A stretch of DNA of 64,000 bases from Yuukianura sp. NJ FZ-2021 (Eukaryota), in contig CM102287.1 in assembly GCA_046563655.1 (NCBI GenBank), forward strand, positions 8,866,001 through 8,930,000. Reading direction: 5' to 3'. Both the position numbers and the translations under genes were made by a program. Below the pieces are notes generated by a model. The model saw only the letters and a program-made list of their open reading frames with translations. It was not told the origin of the DNA and did not search any database. This document shows, one piece after another, positions 13,701-28,536 of this stretch; within the stretch, counting starts at the first letter, position 1, and each line of letters starts with the position of its first letter.

Positions 13701-15771
13701 AAAACCAATCAAACGTAAGGTATGGTAATCATCAACTTTGAAAAACAACCAAACAAACCTTCACACAAGTTTCGTTTTCAATAAACCGCCAACAAACAAC
13801 CGGAGAACAACTCCATTGTTGCGTATTCTTCAAACCTAGCCTAACTAACCTGATCCTTTGAGCATTCCAAAAGCCTAACCTAATCAAACTTGAGTCAAAT
13901 TCGACTTTGACGCCTGGAAAACTATTGTTCTAATTTCCTACCTTTCAAAAACAACCAAAGATCAGAAGAGTTAGGCGTTAATTCGTATCACCAAAAGTTG
14001 GCAAAAGCTTCTGCACAAAACTTTCCGAGTCTTTTGAATTTTGAAAAGATTTTGAAGAAATTATTTCTTTAAAAAAAACTTTGGACTTCCGTGAAATCCC
14101 GACCTGTAAAGCTTTTGATTTCACCAGGGATCCAATTATGTTTGTCAGTTCTCCAAAACTTTTCCATTTTCAAAATTTTTACAATGAACTCTTGATCCGA
14201 AAGGAAAACAACATCTTTGAATTTGAAGAGTGTAAAACCAAAAACAAACTAAAAACAAAAACAAACTCTGTTGGTTCAACCTTTCTTCATAAAAATTAAA
14301 AATTACAGAACAGAACTGGATACTGCCAAATACAAGAACAAAAACAAAAAACTCTGAGAAAAATTTTGTTCAACGTGATATTTTTTCTGCTAGAAATCAA
14401 AATTTGTATTTGTAATTACAGTAAACTGCATTAAAATTTCTCACAGAGAGCGAATATTGCAGAGGTTAGAGGTCAAATTTCAGTTTTATGATACTTACAA
14501 GGAATAGGATAATAAAAGAGCCATATTAATTTCGGTTTCATTTGTAAATGGGTGATATAAGCATAACGAGGACAAAGTACTTTAATTAATTGTCACTCTC
14601 GAAATTTCGTAAATTCATTTCGAAAATGGCGGTGGGCGGAAGGAGTTCACCATAATCGGATTCGCGGTTGGCTTTCCTACAAAGTTGGTAAACGATATGG
14701 CAAGAGAAAAACAAAGGACGAATTTAATTGGGAAAACAAGTTCAAATTAAGGTTGTTTTTGAAGTTTGCCAATTTCAGTGCAACAACAAGCACCCTCTTC
14801 AAAATTCTATCAAAATTGCACTTTGTCAAGCATGTGCTGAAGCATGTGAATTCTTCTTTGTATCACATTTCATTTAAATAGTACAAGTGACATGTTTTGC
14901 AGAAAGCGTCAGAAGGTCACGAGTCGAAGAGTCATTTCCACAACATTCTTTGTTTGCAAAACTTTCAAACAAACATGCCAAATTTGAAACTTCCGCGAAA
15001 CTTCTTCTACTACGTTCTAGTACGTCGAAAAAAAACTTTGCAAACGTAAAAAACGTAATGTAACGAAAACGTAACGAAAACATAAAAAAAACTTTGTAAA
15101 ATTTTGTAACGATGCAAAACTTTATAAAACATCTAGAAGTTAGTAGTTTCATCAAAATATAATTTTTGTAAATGTCAAACTTTGTGGCAATTTGTTGTTC
15201 AAAATTTTAGCCCAAATGAAATGTTCTTAAAACTTGTCCACTTCTTTTTCACTGAAATATTCAATGGATCCGTTTAGCACTCTGGAACAGGAGAATGACC
15301 AAGTTTCTTTAAAGCAGAGAAATAATTCAAACCCATTTTTTTTTTCGAAAAAGCGTCTGTAAATGGAATCATACAGGATTAAGGGTTTCGTGCTTTCTCT
15401 ACTTTCTCCTTGTGCCTTGTGTTCTTATTTTCTTGCAATCGCACTCTACATGAATGGCTCCCCTTCTGTGGTCCTTTAAAAGTGTTCTTTGTGGTGATCT
15501 CGAATCCCTAGAGTAGAGCTTACAGCAGCCTCTTTATACACCATCTCACAGCTCTTAATTCAAAAAACTTCTGGTTCCGAACATTTCAATTTACTTCCCA
15601 GCTTATACTTTTAGAAAAACTAGCTTTCTATTAGTAGGAGAAATAATATATGCAATGCAGTGACAGCAACAACCTTCCAACTTCAATAAAAAGTTTAACT
15701 AAACCATACAAATTAGTCCAATACCAGATAAATTAAGTGCGGTTCTAAAGTAAAGTTTAATTGTGTTTACA

Positions 15772-16971
15772 TTACACAACACCTTGAATAGGAAGTTCAC
15801 GAAGGCTTGGCCTTGCTCGAATACACATAACCTTCAACTCATTTCGAAATTTTGGACTTAGAAAACAATAGAACAAAAAATTTGGAGTCGTATTGAGGAG
15901 AATGAAGAAATTTGATACAGTGGTAAGCCAACTCCGGTCGTATCCTGTGATTGACCAAACCATGTGACTCACAATAGTAGGAGTGTTGCAAAAAATGAAG
16001 ACAATGACAACAGAAAACAGGATTTTGGCTACTGCAGGATCCTGTTGAGGAGATGCTGACATTGCTACTCGAGCCGTGTGTTGCTTTTGAATCTATACAA
16101 ATTGATTAACACAAAAAGCGATAAACTAAAAAAGAGCAACGAGAAAATTATAAAATTTGGATATAAGATCTTGATTTTGTACCTCAATGTAAGTTAAAGT
16201 GTTCAGCCCAAGAAGTAGGACAAATGGAATCAGGCGCATGACAATAAGAGATCCCAAGTTGACGTAGTAGAACTGATAGTACTCGTTGTTGTACATTTCT
16301 GTAAACTTTATACCGTACCCAACGACAACTCCATTTCTAGTACAAAAAGACTTTGTATCCAATTCGAACCACACTGGGAAATTGTACAGGAAGCAAAAAA
16401 AGATGATGGCCAAACAAAACCTGGCGGATCTTGTCGTAGTGAACCAAAATTTAACATGGAGAGGTTTGCAAACAGCCACGAAACGTTCCAAACTCACTAA
16501 AACTGTCAAATACGTCGACGACATTTGTGCTACAACAAAAAATCAAAATGTTGGAACCAAATTACTTCAGTGAAAAAACTAAAAATTTCACTTACCAATG
16601 GTTCGAATTGGAAACAAAAAAGGCTGAACGATCGGAACAAACCATATAGTGAACTTCTCAGCAACACAGTGTCTTCTCAATACTGTGCCAAGACCATTAG
16701 TAACTAAAAAATTTACGACTTGCGTTAAATCCGTGACGCAGAGAACGAGCAGAATCAAATTGAAGGCAGAAATCATTTGACGTCGAGACAAAACCAAGAT
16801 GCAAGTGGTATTTCCAAAAATTGCAAAAACACACAAAATGGATCCAATGATTCCCTCGACATAGTACTCACTCGAATCTCCAAAATACTTGCAAATTAAC
16901 GTCTCCAGTTGCATATGCGGAAAAGTCGCGTTGTTGACAGAATCATTGTCAGAACGTACAACAAATTCCAT
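15772..16971 (-). CDS. FMRFamide-receptor-like class A GPCR, copy A (3 exons: ~16595-16971, ~16181-16530, 15772-~16092)
   Basis: IFGNTTCILVLSRRQMISAFN, LCVTD, SLERFVAVCKPL, YNFPVWFE, FCNTP, LLNTTPNFLFYCF; GT-AG introns. Confidence 0.85.
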
Positions 16972-17287
16972 GCTGCTTGTTTATTATTATTACCCCCTAA
17001 CCTTGAAGTTGCAGTGCCAATGTTTGAATTTCCATTGAAACAAATCTCAACTGACGCTTCTTTAAGCAACACGATCCTCTTAGCGAGAGGAAAACACGTT
17101 TATTAAAAAAAATGCGGCTTTCCTGGTATACTATTTGTTGTGTTAATTAGCAGAGTGTCCTACGCGTGGAGAGAGATTTTTAACTGAACTGAAACGTGCA
17201 TGTTATTGCAAAATGAGAAAAACCAAAACAGTCAACTGCAAAAACGGCAACAAATAAATAGTCAAAGCAAAATGTGGTATTTTTTAT

Positions 17288-18596
17288 TCAGTATCTATTG
17301 TGAGATCTTCTCGAAGACGAGGGCCTACTAGAAAATTCTGTGGATCTTACGGACGAGTCACCAATATGTTGTCGCTTTTTCCGAGTACAAAGAAACATCA
17401 ATTCCTTGCGAAATTTCTTACTTAGAAAACAGTAAAACAGAAAATTTGGAGCCGAATTTAGTAAAACTAAAAAGTTTGAAGCAGTAGTAAGTCCCTCCGG
17501 GTCGTATCCAGTGATTGTCCGAACCATGTGACTCACAACAGTAGTAGTATTGCAAAGAATGAAAAAAATCACTACAGAAAACAAAATCTTTGCTACGGCA
17601 GGATCCTGTTGTTGTGACTTCGTCATCTGAATACGAGCCCTATGCAGTGCCTGGATCTAAACCAAAATAGTCAACAGCAATATTGTATACACGCAACATT
17701 TTACCAAAACTCTTTATGAGCTTATACAGTTTACCTTCCTGTAGGTCAAAGTGTTCAATCCTAGTAGTAGCATGAATGGTATCAAACGCATGACAATGAA
17801 CGATCCCAAGTTAACGTAGTAGAGCTCGTAATTATTATCCTCAAGCAGTGCTGTAGGCCCCGTGAAATATCCAACAATGATACCATGGCGAGTAATCGGC
17901 TGTGCCTCCAATTCAAACCATACCGGAAAATTGTACAGGAAGCAGAAAAAGATAATTGCTAAGCATAGCATGACCGAACGTCTTGGTAAAAACAGGGCTT
18001 TAACATGAAGTGGTTTGCAAACAGCAACGTAACGTTCAATGCTAACCAGTACCGTCAAATAAGTCGATGCCATTTGAGCTGTTTAAAATTTTATAAAAAC
18101 AAAACCAAGTTTTTCATTTTCAGAGTTGACTGTTTTACTGTTGACAATTTGGTACCGGGCTAGGCCTCAGCCATGTCCAGCTTACAAATTTATCAACGTG
18201 TTTTATACAGTAATTACCGATTGTTCCGACTGTGAAAATGTAAGGCGTCCAGAACGGAATAAATCCAAAGACAAAGTCGTAGGCAACACAATGTTGTGTA
18301 AGTACCGTCACAATGCCATGCGTGAACAAGAAATTAATCGCATGAACCACATCAGTAATGCATAGAACAAGCAGGATAATATTAAATGCAGAAATCATAT
18401 GTCGTCGTGACAGAACTAAGATGGATGCCACATTGCCAAAAATTGCCAATATGCAAATAGCACAGCCAATGACACCTTCAAAGTAGTAGTCGTGCCACGA
18501 ACCACCTGACCACCTACACACAAAAGACTTCAGTCTCGAGATCGGAATAGTTCCATTATTGAGCGAACCATTTTTGAAATGGAAAACCAACTCCAT
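17288..18596 (-). CDS. FMRFamide-receptor-like class A GPCR, copy B (tandem paralog, 3 exons)
   Basis: IFGNVASILVLSRRHMISAFN, SIERYVAVCKPL, YNFPVWFE, LLNSAPNFLFYCF; same intron positions as copy A. Confidence 0.85.
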
Positions 18597-21500
18597 TCTT
18601 GTTTTAAAAATTTACACAAAGCTCAGAGCGTACAGTTTTTGTAAAATTTTGTGACAGAAATAAGATTTTGGTTGGTTTTAAATTGAAGTCAATGAAGTTT
18701 AAAGTGCGTTTAAGTGTTGCGGTTTTCCTCATTAATTGAATCACTAATTAACGCAACTTCTTGAATTAAAAGTCCATCAATACGAAATCATCGGATCTGG
18801 CTTCTGCGTTTCAGCAAACACAATTTTGAAAATTTGTTTCACTTTAAAAAATCTCTTCACAAAATTTCCAAAACATGAAAAAGTCAAAGTAATATTAAGG
18901 AAATAAGGAAATTTTTCTAGCTAACCTTACATAAATTTACTCTAAACCTAATTTAACCTAACAAAAAAGCGAAGTTGACGATTACGTTTTATGTTGCTTC
19001 AAAGGACAGCTCTAACAGGCTTCGTCGACACCTAAACGTAAACACTCAACAAGGAAATTTGACGTCAAAATTTAAGTGAAATCCTATTTTTCCAAAAAAA
19101 AAATATGTAAACACTTTAAATTTCCAATGAGCATCACTTTTCGTCAGAAAAGTGAATTCACCTGTCGCGTTCGTTTTCTCCACTTTCTCCTATGCTATAA
19201 CATAACATAAAATGTAAAAGTTTCTGTCCGTTTTCACATCAAAGAGGTAAAAGTGCGCTTCTTTTTTGCTATTCACCATAATTCCTTGGAAATGTGCATG
19301 TCAGAGAATACTAAAACAGTCATATTCCTCCCATTCTTTGTCTTCAAAAAGTATAATAAGCCCCTATGTTATACTTCTTTGAACCATTAGGATTCACGTA
19401 ACAACAGTAAAATTCTTTCCTCTTTACACCAAAAAGACAAACAAAAGACTCTTGATTGTGTGCTGAAGCCTTTACTTATATTGTCAGTCCAAATTTAAGT
19501 GGGAAAATGCGGAAATTAGACTGAAGAAGAAATTAAGGACCTTCGTCGCATTGTCACTCATAATAGAAAAACGTCAAAAATTTCAAATTAGGTGGAAACA
19601 AAACTGGTTCCTTTTTGTTAATACAACTTTCTCTTCTTGTAAAAAAAGAAAGAAAGAAAACTTCTGCAATAATAATAAAACAACTCCAGCTTTACATTGC
19701 TCCACACATCACCTAATTTAATAAAACGGAAACTCAAAAAACTTGAGGTTTTCTTCTATTTAATAAAAACATGCACTAAATTTTATTAAAGTTGTTGTTG
19801 ACCTCGAGAGTCGTGAAAGGTCAAAAACCACCGTCTAACGTTCAGGTTGAAGCTCTCGAGAGAAAGTGGGTTAGGCTTTCATTAGATGAGTTTTTCTGGC
19901 TAAATTTTACTTTTTGCTATAAAATTCCTAACAGAAAAGTACCCAGCAATCTGTATTTTTTCTCTCTTTTTGAAAAACGAAACGACTGACAAACTTGAAA
20001 ATTAAATTGACAAGAATTCTGCTGCTGGAAGGCAGATAAGAGGCGCCCTGGCCTTAATTTGAAATTTCACGACAGTGAAAGTTGGAGTTTCATGTTTCGT
20101 TCATAATGTTAACACCATCCTACCAAAAATAAAACACCAAAAATATATCAAACCGAAACCATTCGAAACATATGAAATGAACCCCAACAAATTATTTTTT
20201 GGATTTTCATTTTTTCGAAATTCAATTTGAGGTTGTGATTTGAATATAAATTCGGAATCCATTGACGTTCAGGACAACAATATGACCCTAGGCATAGTTC
20301 TGTATCAAAAAGTAACGTTGACGTTGACATTATCTTGGACACCGAATTGACATGAAACTGGAACCCTCGGGGAGCCATGTCGCACATTCGAAATCCCACT
20401 TTCTGGTTGTCAATTGATCCAAAATGTGTGACCTCAATTGTTTTTCGCACGTCGTTGAGCCAGAAAGTTGGTAGAGGCATTAAGGGTACCCCCTGGGAGA
20501 GGTGACGAACTGAAACATTCTTCATTTTCAGCATCCCCAACCTAACTTAGTCTTTAGCCCAGCGTAATCTAAACCTAACAGACATTGAATTTGAATTCAC
20601 CACCTAAAACAACATTTTTTCAGGCACTTTGAATTGAAAGAAAACAAAGGATAAAGATGAATTTAAATTTAGCGCAATTTCCTTCACTTTAGACAAAAGT
20701 AAGACTCAACAGCTCAGTGCTAATTCTTCAAAACCGTGTTGGATGACTGTGCTAATCTCAACATTGAAAGTGCTCAACACTGAAACTTCAAAGGCACGAT
20801 AAAGCAAATGGGAAAGCCACTTCTAAATCCAGAATTTAATCAAAGGATTTCCACTCACTTTCACTTTCCAACTACTTCCACTTACATTTATTTTTCAGGA
20901 AACGTGCTTCTTCACACTAAATGAGCTTTCCGACTTTCACTAAAAAATCTTTTCAACTTCACAAATCCATGGGGGTCGAAAAGTCAAGAGTAAAAAAACA
21001 GGAGAAAAGTCAAGAGTTGGACAGTGAAAGCTGAGTTGACAGGAAGATTACCACGAGAAATTCTAACGCTATAACAGAATGTGAAGTATACTAAAAACCA
21101 GAAAAGTGAAAAGTCAAAATCAATTTAAATCTGACAAGATTCGGCACAAAAAAAAAACTAATGCATTTTTTTTCGAAACCTTTCACTGGTCAAAAAATAA
21201 TCCAATTCTCAAAATTAGTAACTGAATCAGTCAATCTGCTTTCTCTAGCCAAATTCCTCCGTTTTGTTAGAGAGAAATCAAAAGCCAGACAAAGAAGAAA
21301 AGCATTTTGTAATATTTTCCACGCTTTTCCTTACATCGAGGCAATTGAAAGAAACAAAACAGCACATTCTCAACCTGAAAACTGCCAAACTGAACTTCTG
21401 GGAGCTCCTCTCTTCAAAGACTCTTCTCATCGAATTCTCAACTCCGAAATAGATTTAGTTATGCTTTCTCCCAAACTTTCCGGCCTGCCGGCCCATGTAG

Positions 21501-24500
21501 CATTTTTCCCAAGACTTTCAATTATACTCAACCAGCCTTAGGTGAAAGTTATTTTGATGGTTGCACTAAAAGTTAGTTAATTTAAAAAAAAATGGCTCTA
21601 GAATCACAAAAGCGGAAAATTCTTCACCGTACTTCACAAGACTACGCAGAAACAACGTAAGGCACCTGGAGAGTTTCATTATAAAACGCCCACGTCGCAA
21701 CGATCTTTTATAACTTAACTTCAAAAGACTTAAGGAACAAGTTTCTTTCAAAATTTTGAATCTTCATTCTGGGATGAAACTCGTAGTCTCGTCATGTGCA
21801 ATACACAGTCTCATTTTCTAAATCCGAATATGAAAGGTCACAACTATTTACCTAGCCAAGACCAATTCAAAAATAAACTCAAAATCAAATTAAGACGGTT
21901 TTTTGATGTTTTCGCACCCGAGAAGCGTGAAACCAAAGAAAATTGGAAAACCCAAACTCGTTTTGAAAATTTTCTACGTTTTCAAAATTCCAACTGCAGC
22001 AACCTGCTTGTACCGAAATAGTGGTGAAAGTTATTATAATGAGTTTGTACGTTGGCAGAGAAATTTAAAATTTTGAAAGTGAAAATTCATTTCTCTCCCA
22101 AAATTTCATCGCTTTCGTCAAATGGATTTGGATTTCGCCTCAAGGCATTCTATGAAATGAAATCCAACCGTGAAAATCCATTCTACAGCATGCATCTCCA
22201 CTTTAAGTTGCTACATCGGTTTTTAATTTATAGATTTGTTATAAGTTTTCGCTTCAAGTAGAAAATTACATAACACGAGGATCATTAATTTCAGAAATAC
22301 TTTAACCTTGAGAGTCCAAACTCTTCCAAAATGACAGAATTCATTAAAGATTCAAACACGTCAAATTCTACGAAATTTCCAAACTCCTCACAGAACGAAA
22401 TCCGTCGAAGTTTTGCCAAAATTGTTCTACATTAAACTACATTACCCAATCAAAGCTAACCATTGAACAAACGATGGAACTTGTTACACTACTCTTTCAT
22501 CTTGTTTAAATTCTGAGTAAAATTCTGAGTTTTTGGCAATTTCCTGTTTCCTGTGCCTGCTCTACTGACACTATCACAGAGAAAGTCAAGGGAAAGAACA
22601 AAGAAAGCTGATTTTGCTTACAATTTGTGTGGCTAACAGAGTAGTTTTTGAGGTTCTGGTTGAGTGGATCCTTGACAGTTGAAGTTGAAGAGTTCGTTTG
22701 TGGCGTAATCTAGTTTTCCTTCAAAGGAAGTCGACAGCCAACGAATCAATCAAAAGTGTTTGTAATACAGATCTTTGAAGGCGGAAATTAGAAAATTGCA
22801 CGTTGGCAAAATATTCGAAAACTCAAAGTATTTGCAAATTGTTTCCAAGCATCTCTATTCCCTGTTTTCACCTCCCTCCAACTGCAACGACTGAGCCTTT
22901 CCCTTCTCCAGCATTCCACTTTTACTTCAAAGCTTCTTCAATGCTGCGGGTAGGTTGGTTAGGTTATGTTAGGCTAACCTAAGCATTGGCCACAACGAAG
23001 GTAGGGCAAAACAAATACGCTTCCACCGGAAGCTATGCGATTGCGGTACCCCAGCAGTATCATCTTTGTAACCATGCGTCTTTTCTTCCCTTGAAAAACT
23101 TTGTATGCTCAGGCGCACTAAAATTTAAACAGCATTAAATGCCGCCTTACTTCAACCCAAAAACAGAAACTTTTTAGCCCAAAATCCAAATCCATCTTAA
23201 CGAAAACTTTCAACAAATTTAGCATTAAGCTAATCCTCCTAACTTCCTTGAGGTTGTGTAATAAGCCGATCCCAGAGTGTTACGGAGTAACATGTGGCCT
23301 AAACTGATCATGTTTTTAAACTTTTTTTTTGAAAAGTTTTCTTGAGAATGAAGCCTGAAAACAATTGACTTAGAGAGGAAATTCGTCAAAGAGCTTCTTC
23401 ATCCAACTTTCACAGAACAAAACATAACCCCTCTGTCTAAACCTAAAGTAACGCGGAGGGGCTGAATCTCTCTCGACAGAATTCAAAACTTTCTGTTTTC
23501 CTAAAACTTTCTCATCAAATTACCTTACGTAGCAAAATGTTTTACTACTTTCCCTTTCACAAATATAACTAACTTTGGCAGCATCAGTTGGAACTACAAT
23601 GGTGAAACCATGCATTTCAAGACCAAAAAAAGGTAGGAAAAAAACTCTTCACAGAAGATTTTCCTCAAACTCCATTCCGCCGAATGAATTGCTCCGAAGA
23701 GCATTGTTCCGAACACATTACCACGAAACCATTTACTCCAAAAGACAATTTGCTCCTAAACTGATATTCGTTAGGAACAATGCACCTCGGATGAATTCAT
23801 TCGGAGCAATGGCATAGAACGTCAAAATCCATGCGATCAGAGAAAGAAGAGAAAAGCGTCCAGTCAATAACAATGAAAAAAAAAATGAAACTTTTACTTC
23901 AATTTTACTCTTACAAATCCACTAACTTCAAATTGAACAAATTTCTTCATTTTTCCATAAATCAAAATTTTCAAAAAGTTGGTAGCTTAACTTTGAAGAT
24001 TCAAAATTTATGCGAAGGCATTTTGTTTGCCTACTTTTGACGCAAGTGCCGTTCAGATGGGATAAAAAGGACAATGAAACTTTCATTTCCTCTGACAAGG
24101 ACACACCATAGCATACTGTTCACAAAAATCGAAAAAGAAATATCAAATTTCCTGAGACTCATGACTGTCAAAATCAACATTTTGACGGCCTACAGCAATT
24201 CACTTTTTAAAAAGATTTTTCGGTGCGATATTTCTCTTTGATACCAAAGATTATGCAAAAGCAAACCGAAAAACATTATTTTGAAACCGGAACCAATATA
24301 TTATACTAGTTTCTCTTTCAATTTAAAATTTGGAATTCTGAATTACTTTCACTGATTTCAGTTCTTGAGGAAAAATCATCAAAAACTGAAAAGAAAATTG
24401 CGGTTTAGGGACAAAATTGAGATTATATCGAGGGAATAATTTAAAATTCACAAACGAGGGAGCAGTTACTCGTTAGTGCATAAGTTCTTTAAACAAATTT

Positions 24501-27500
24501 GTTTTTGAATACATAAAAAGCGTCAAAAATTACAAAATCCTCATCTGATAGGGCTTTCTTAAGTAAATTGTTTGAAATTTTATTTCCCCCTTGATTCCAA
24601 AAACTGTTCATAAAAGCGAAGCCTCGGGAAATTGAGGAAATGCGTCATTTTAGATCCTGCAAATATGAGGACTAGGCAAACATCTCATTTTCCACTTTAA
24701 TTTTTAACTGACGAATAAAATGGATGCCACACTTCAACGTGCTGCTGAATTTACAGCTTGGCTCAAAAGTTGCCACAAAAGAGAAAATGAAACCAAAATA
24801 TGTTTAAACTACCGAACAGACAATTTCCTTACTAAAATTAGGTGTTCACATTGTACATAATTCGGAAACAGGTTTTCCGGATTAAGTGCTCTTGGCTAGA
24901 CAAAAGGTGACACTAGATCCTAGGCTATTTAAAGAGACAACGTAGCAACACTCAATTAAAACTTAAAAGCGGCACATGAAACACGGTTTTCCTGTTATAA
25001 AACTACTTCAAACCGTACTTCTGCACGCGAGAGAAATTTTTTGAAAAGAAAAAAGTAGAGCTCTTTTATGCAAAACTTAAAAAGCGTTAAGTGCAAAGAC
25101 CTATATTTGAAAATGTTTCTGAAAATGTGCAAAAAAAGTAAAACTCAAAACAAAAAGTAAAAGTAAAAACTTAAAAACTTGAAGATATTTTAAAAACCAA
25201 AAACTATGAATTCATTGTCAGCCTTATAGAGCTTCACAAGCAAATTCAAAAACAGGGAAAGAGATTTTATGAAAATCCTACGACATAACCGTATAAACAC
25301 TTTAAAGCATTTGCATGAAAGTGACAAAATCCAAAGAGAAAACACTTTCTCCAACTTTTAAAAGCTTTCACCTCCAACTCTTCCACATTCTCGTCTGAAA
25401 CAACCTCAATAAATTCAAATCTTCATCGAAAGGAAGGAGTGAATGGCAGCAGAAAGATCAATCACTGTCAAAAAAGATTTCTGTTTCATAAAATTTTTAC
25501 GAACAATTTTTGCCAAACTTTTCCTTCCATTTCCAGCTCCTTTTCAAAAGAACGTATTTCCGATTTGTTAAGTGTGATTTGATTGAGCAGTTTGTTTATT
25601 GTGGAACTAAATGTTTACGATTATGCTTACTCAGGCAGACAGAAGCAGAAGCGCAGTAGATCTTTGCGCTCACCCCGTATATATAGATAGGTAAGTTAAA
25701 GTGAAGATATCCTCAAATAAAAAAAAATCGAAATTCGAAACAAGCAGAAGACTGTAAGTTTTGTAAGACTTCTTGTTTCAAAAAAATTCTGCACAAAAAT
25801 ACAAAAATCTTGCCAGAATTCGAGTGAAATCAAAATTAAATCTTGGTTTGAGAAAGTCCAAAAACCCTCAAAATTTTAGCCAGCTTTTTTCAGCAGAGTG
25901 AATATTTGAGGAAAACTTCAGAAACTAAGCCCTCCTCTACCGTTCGAATTAGTTTTCGTCGTGCTTAAGTGCGTAAAGTGTACTCGGAAGGTTGTCAAAA
26001 ACGAGATGAGACGCAATAAAAGGACGGTGAAGCAAAACGAAAAGAAACATAAAATCGTTTAAGTACTCGGGCAGCAGAGGACAGCCGCTTTTCATCTCCC
26101 CCTGTCGGTTTTACAGGGTTCGGTGAGTCCTTGAATTTAGCCATAGTTCAAGTAATAAGATGTAAATGGATTCTGGTCCACAGCCAGCATGTGACATGAC
26201 ACTTTGAGTTTCTGCCCTGTCATCACAATGGCACTCCTCAAATCACAATATCTTTCTCTCCCACTCCACTGACCCAAATGTTGACATTTGTCCGGATACA
26301 GCTTACAAAAAAAGGAAACCTTTTCCTTCAAAAACTCAAAATTTCTCCAAAATAAACGAAAAGTGTCGAAAAAATGTGACAACCATAAAGAAGAAAAAAC
26401 TTTCAAAAAGTACTTCGTTCCACTTGAATCATTCACACCGTCGTGACTTTAAAATTATGAAAGTCAAAAATATTTTCTCCATCAAAATATTTTTTAACAC
26501 AAATTGTGCTAAAAGTGAGTTTTTTTTGACAGAAGTAAAAAAAACTCACTTTTGGCACAATTTTTGTACAAAACAGCGCAAACAAATCGACAGAATTTAT
26601 ACGTCTGGCAATGACTGCATTAAATTAGACTACTTTTGCTCAACAACCGCTTTGGATCGTGCTTAACGTTGCTTACATTGTTACCCTACTAAAAAGTAAT
26701 CTTCTGAATAATTCAGCTACCAAAAGTGTTGTTGTTTTTCTTCTCACCAAATGTGTTCTACCACAACTCGAAATAGACAATAAAATAAAATGAGCATAAA
26801 ATCTACTCCGGTGTTGTTAGAAATAGGTCAGAAAAACTTCCTTTGAAAAGAAAAATCACCCAAATCTAAAATGCTTCCAGCGTTTCCGCCAAATTTCAAC
26901 CATTATTAACTTCGCAACTGGAATATTTTTCTCTCTGAAGAAAGTTTTCCCTTAAGCAAATACTTTTTCCAACCAACCACAATCTCCGTACTATCGAAAT
27001 CCAAAACTGGAAACTGGAACTGACCAAAACTAATCCTAACAAAGAGAAATATCATACATCCCGAGGGAAATGTGGAACTAGCACGTTTGGTTAAAAATGG
27101 CTGGAAATAGAACCTTTCTATTAGAAAGTTTAGTTGGTTGGTTAAAAAATTCTTCCGGGAAGTTCCATGTACCAACCAAAGAGGACGAAATAATTCGGGT
27201 AACAAAAAACGACTCTCGCAGGAGATATAAATCAATGACATCCCAGGATGTCAGATTAAGAGAACGAAAAACGGCATTTCCTTACTAGCTTCCTGGGCAA
27301 ACCATAACGCCCGGCATTCCAAACGTAATATTTTCCTGTTCTACAAAAAAGTTCTACACAAGAATGTCCAGAATTTCTGTTTCGGACATTCTTGTCCAGA
27401 ATTTTCCGGATATTTTGTGAATAATGCTTTCTCCGAATTCCAAACTTCTTTTTCTAAACACAGCCTTGAAGAGATTCTCTCTGGCGTTAATGAAAGCAGT

Positions 27501-28536
27501 TTAGGAGACTTGTGCTCAAACGAGTCTAATCAAAAGAAGAAGGTCAACTGCGAGATAACTTCATTATGCGCCCAAAGTAAGAAAAAGAGAAAAATCCAAC
27601 AAGAAATTACGTTCCTTGTACTCATTTTCGGTAAGTGAAAGTCCAGATACAAAGCCTCGATACTTTCTCCTTCAGTAAATTGCATTACGATACGCCGGAA
27701 ACGGTTGAAAAGCTTTCACTTTTCCACGAGCTTTCACCACTTCTGGGACCGGAAGGTTTGAGCTAGTATGAGCTTGTCTTAATGAAAACATCAACTTTGT
27801 GGCAATATCGTGCCCAATTCTAAGTTAGCTTTTACCCAATGTCAGGTTTAACCCAAAAAGCTAGCCTAAATTCCAGCATTTTCTAACTCTCCAGCAAAAG
27901 AAAGGCGGACCACAAATTTAATAACCGAAAAATTAGAAATTAAAAACTAGTTAGAGTGCTCATTAGAACCGTCCAACTTCTTTTCCCAACTTTCACTTCT
28001 TTTTTAGAGCAGACAAGTTGTCAGTTGAATGTTGGCAAACAAAAAAGAGAAAGTTAGAACTTTAATAAGTTAAAACTCAAATTTCAAAAAGTTCGGACGC
28101 GGTTTTAGCCTCAAGCTTTTCACTATAAAACAGTGTACTTCACCTCTTCCTGCTCAGATTTTCATATCCTCTACTTTCTAAAATAGAACTAGGAGAAAAT
28201 TGCACTTGTGAGACCAGTACAAGGTCAATTCAAAGTTTCCCAATTTGTAAAACTACATTCATATCGAACCGCCTCTCAGTGCTTTCTTCATGTTCAGATT
28301 AGAAATCCATCTAAAAATCACTTCTAGAGAGAAAGCAAAAACTTTTGTAGAAGACTAAAACTTATAGGCTCCTATAAATTTTAAATATGGAGAAAGTATA
28401 CTCTATCTACGTCAGTTTTTTGCCTTATGCACCTACACTTCAAGCACAGATGAGAATTCCTGTCAAAACGACTCAATTTCTCAAAAAGAATTTGTAACAA
28501 GCGAAATCTAGAGATGAGAGATGGAAAGTCACTCAC

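Noticed and set aside
11000..15700. Scattered 70-100 aa ORFs
   Set aside because: Composition reflects poly-A/T tracts, with no coherent splice chain or protein motifs; treated as intronic or intergenic.
18700..28500. Short ORFs (e.g. 20148-20540, 21161-21541, 26906-27241) and CCTAACCT-type motifs
   Set aside because: No recognisable transposase or other domain. These are probably decayed repeats, and I could not define boundaries.
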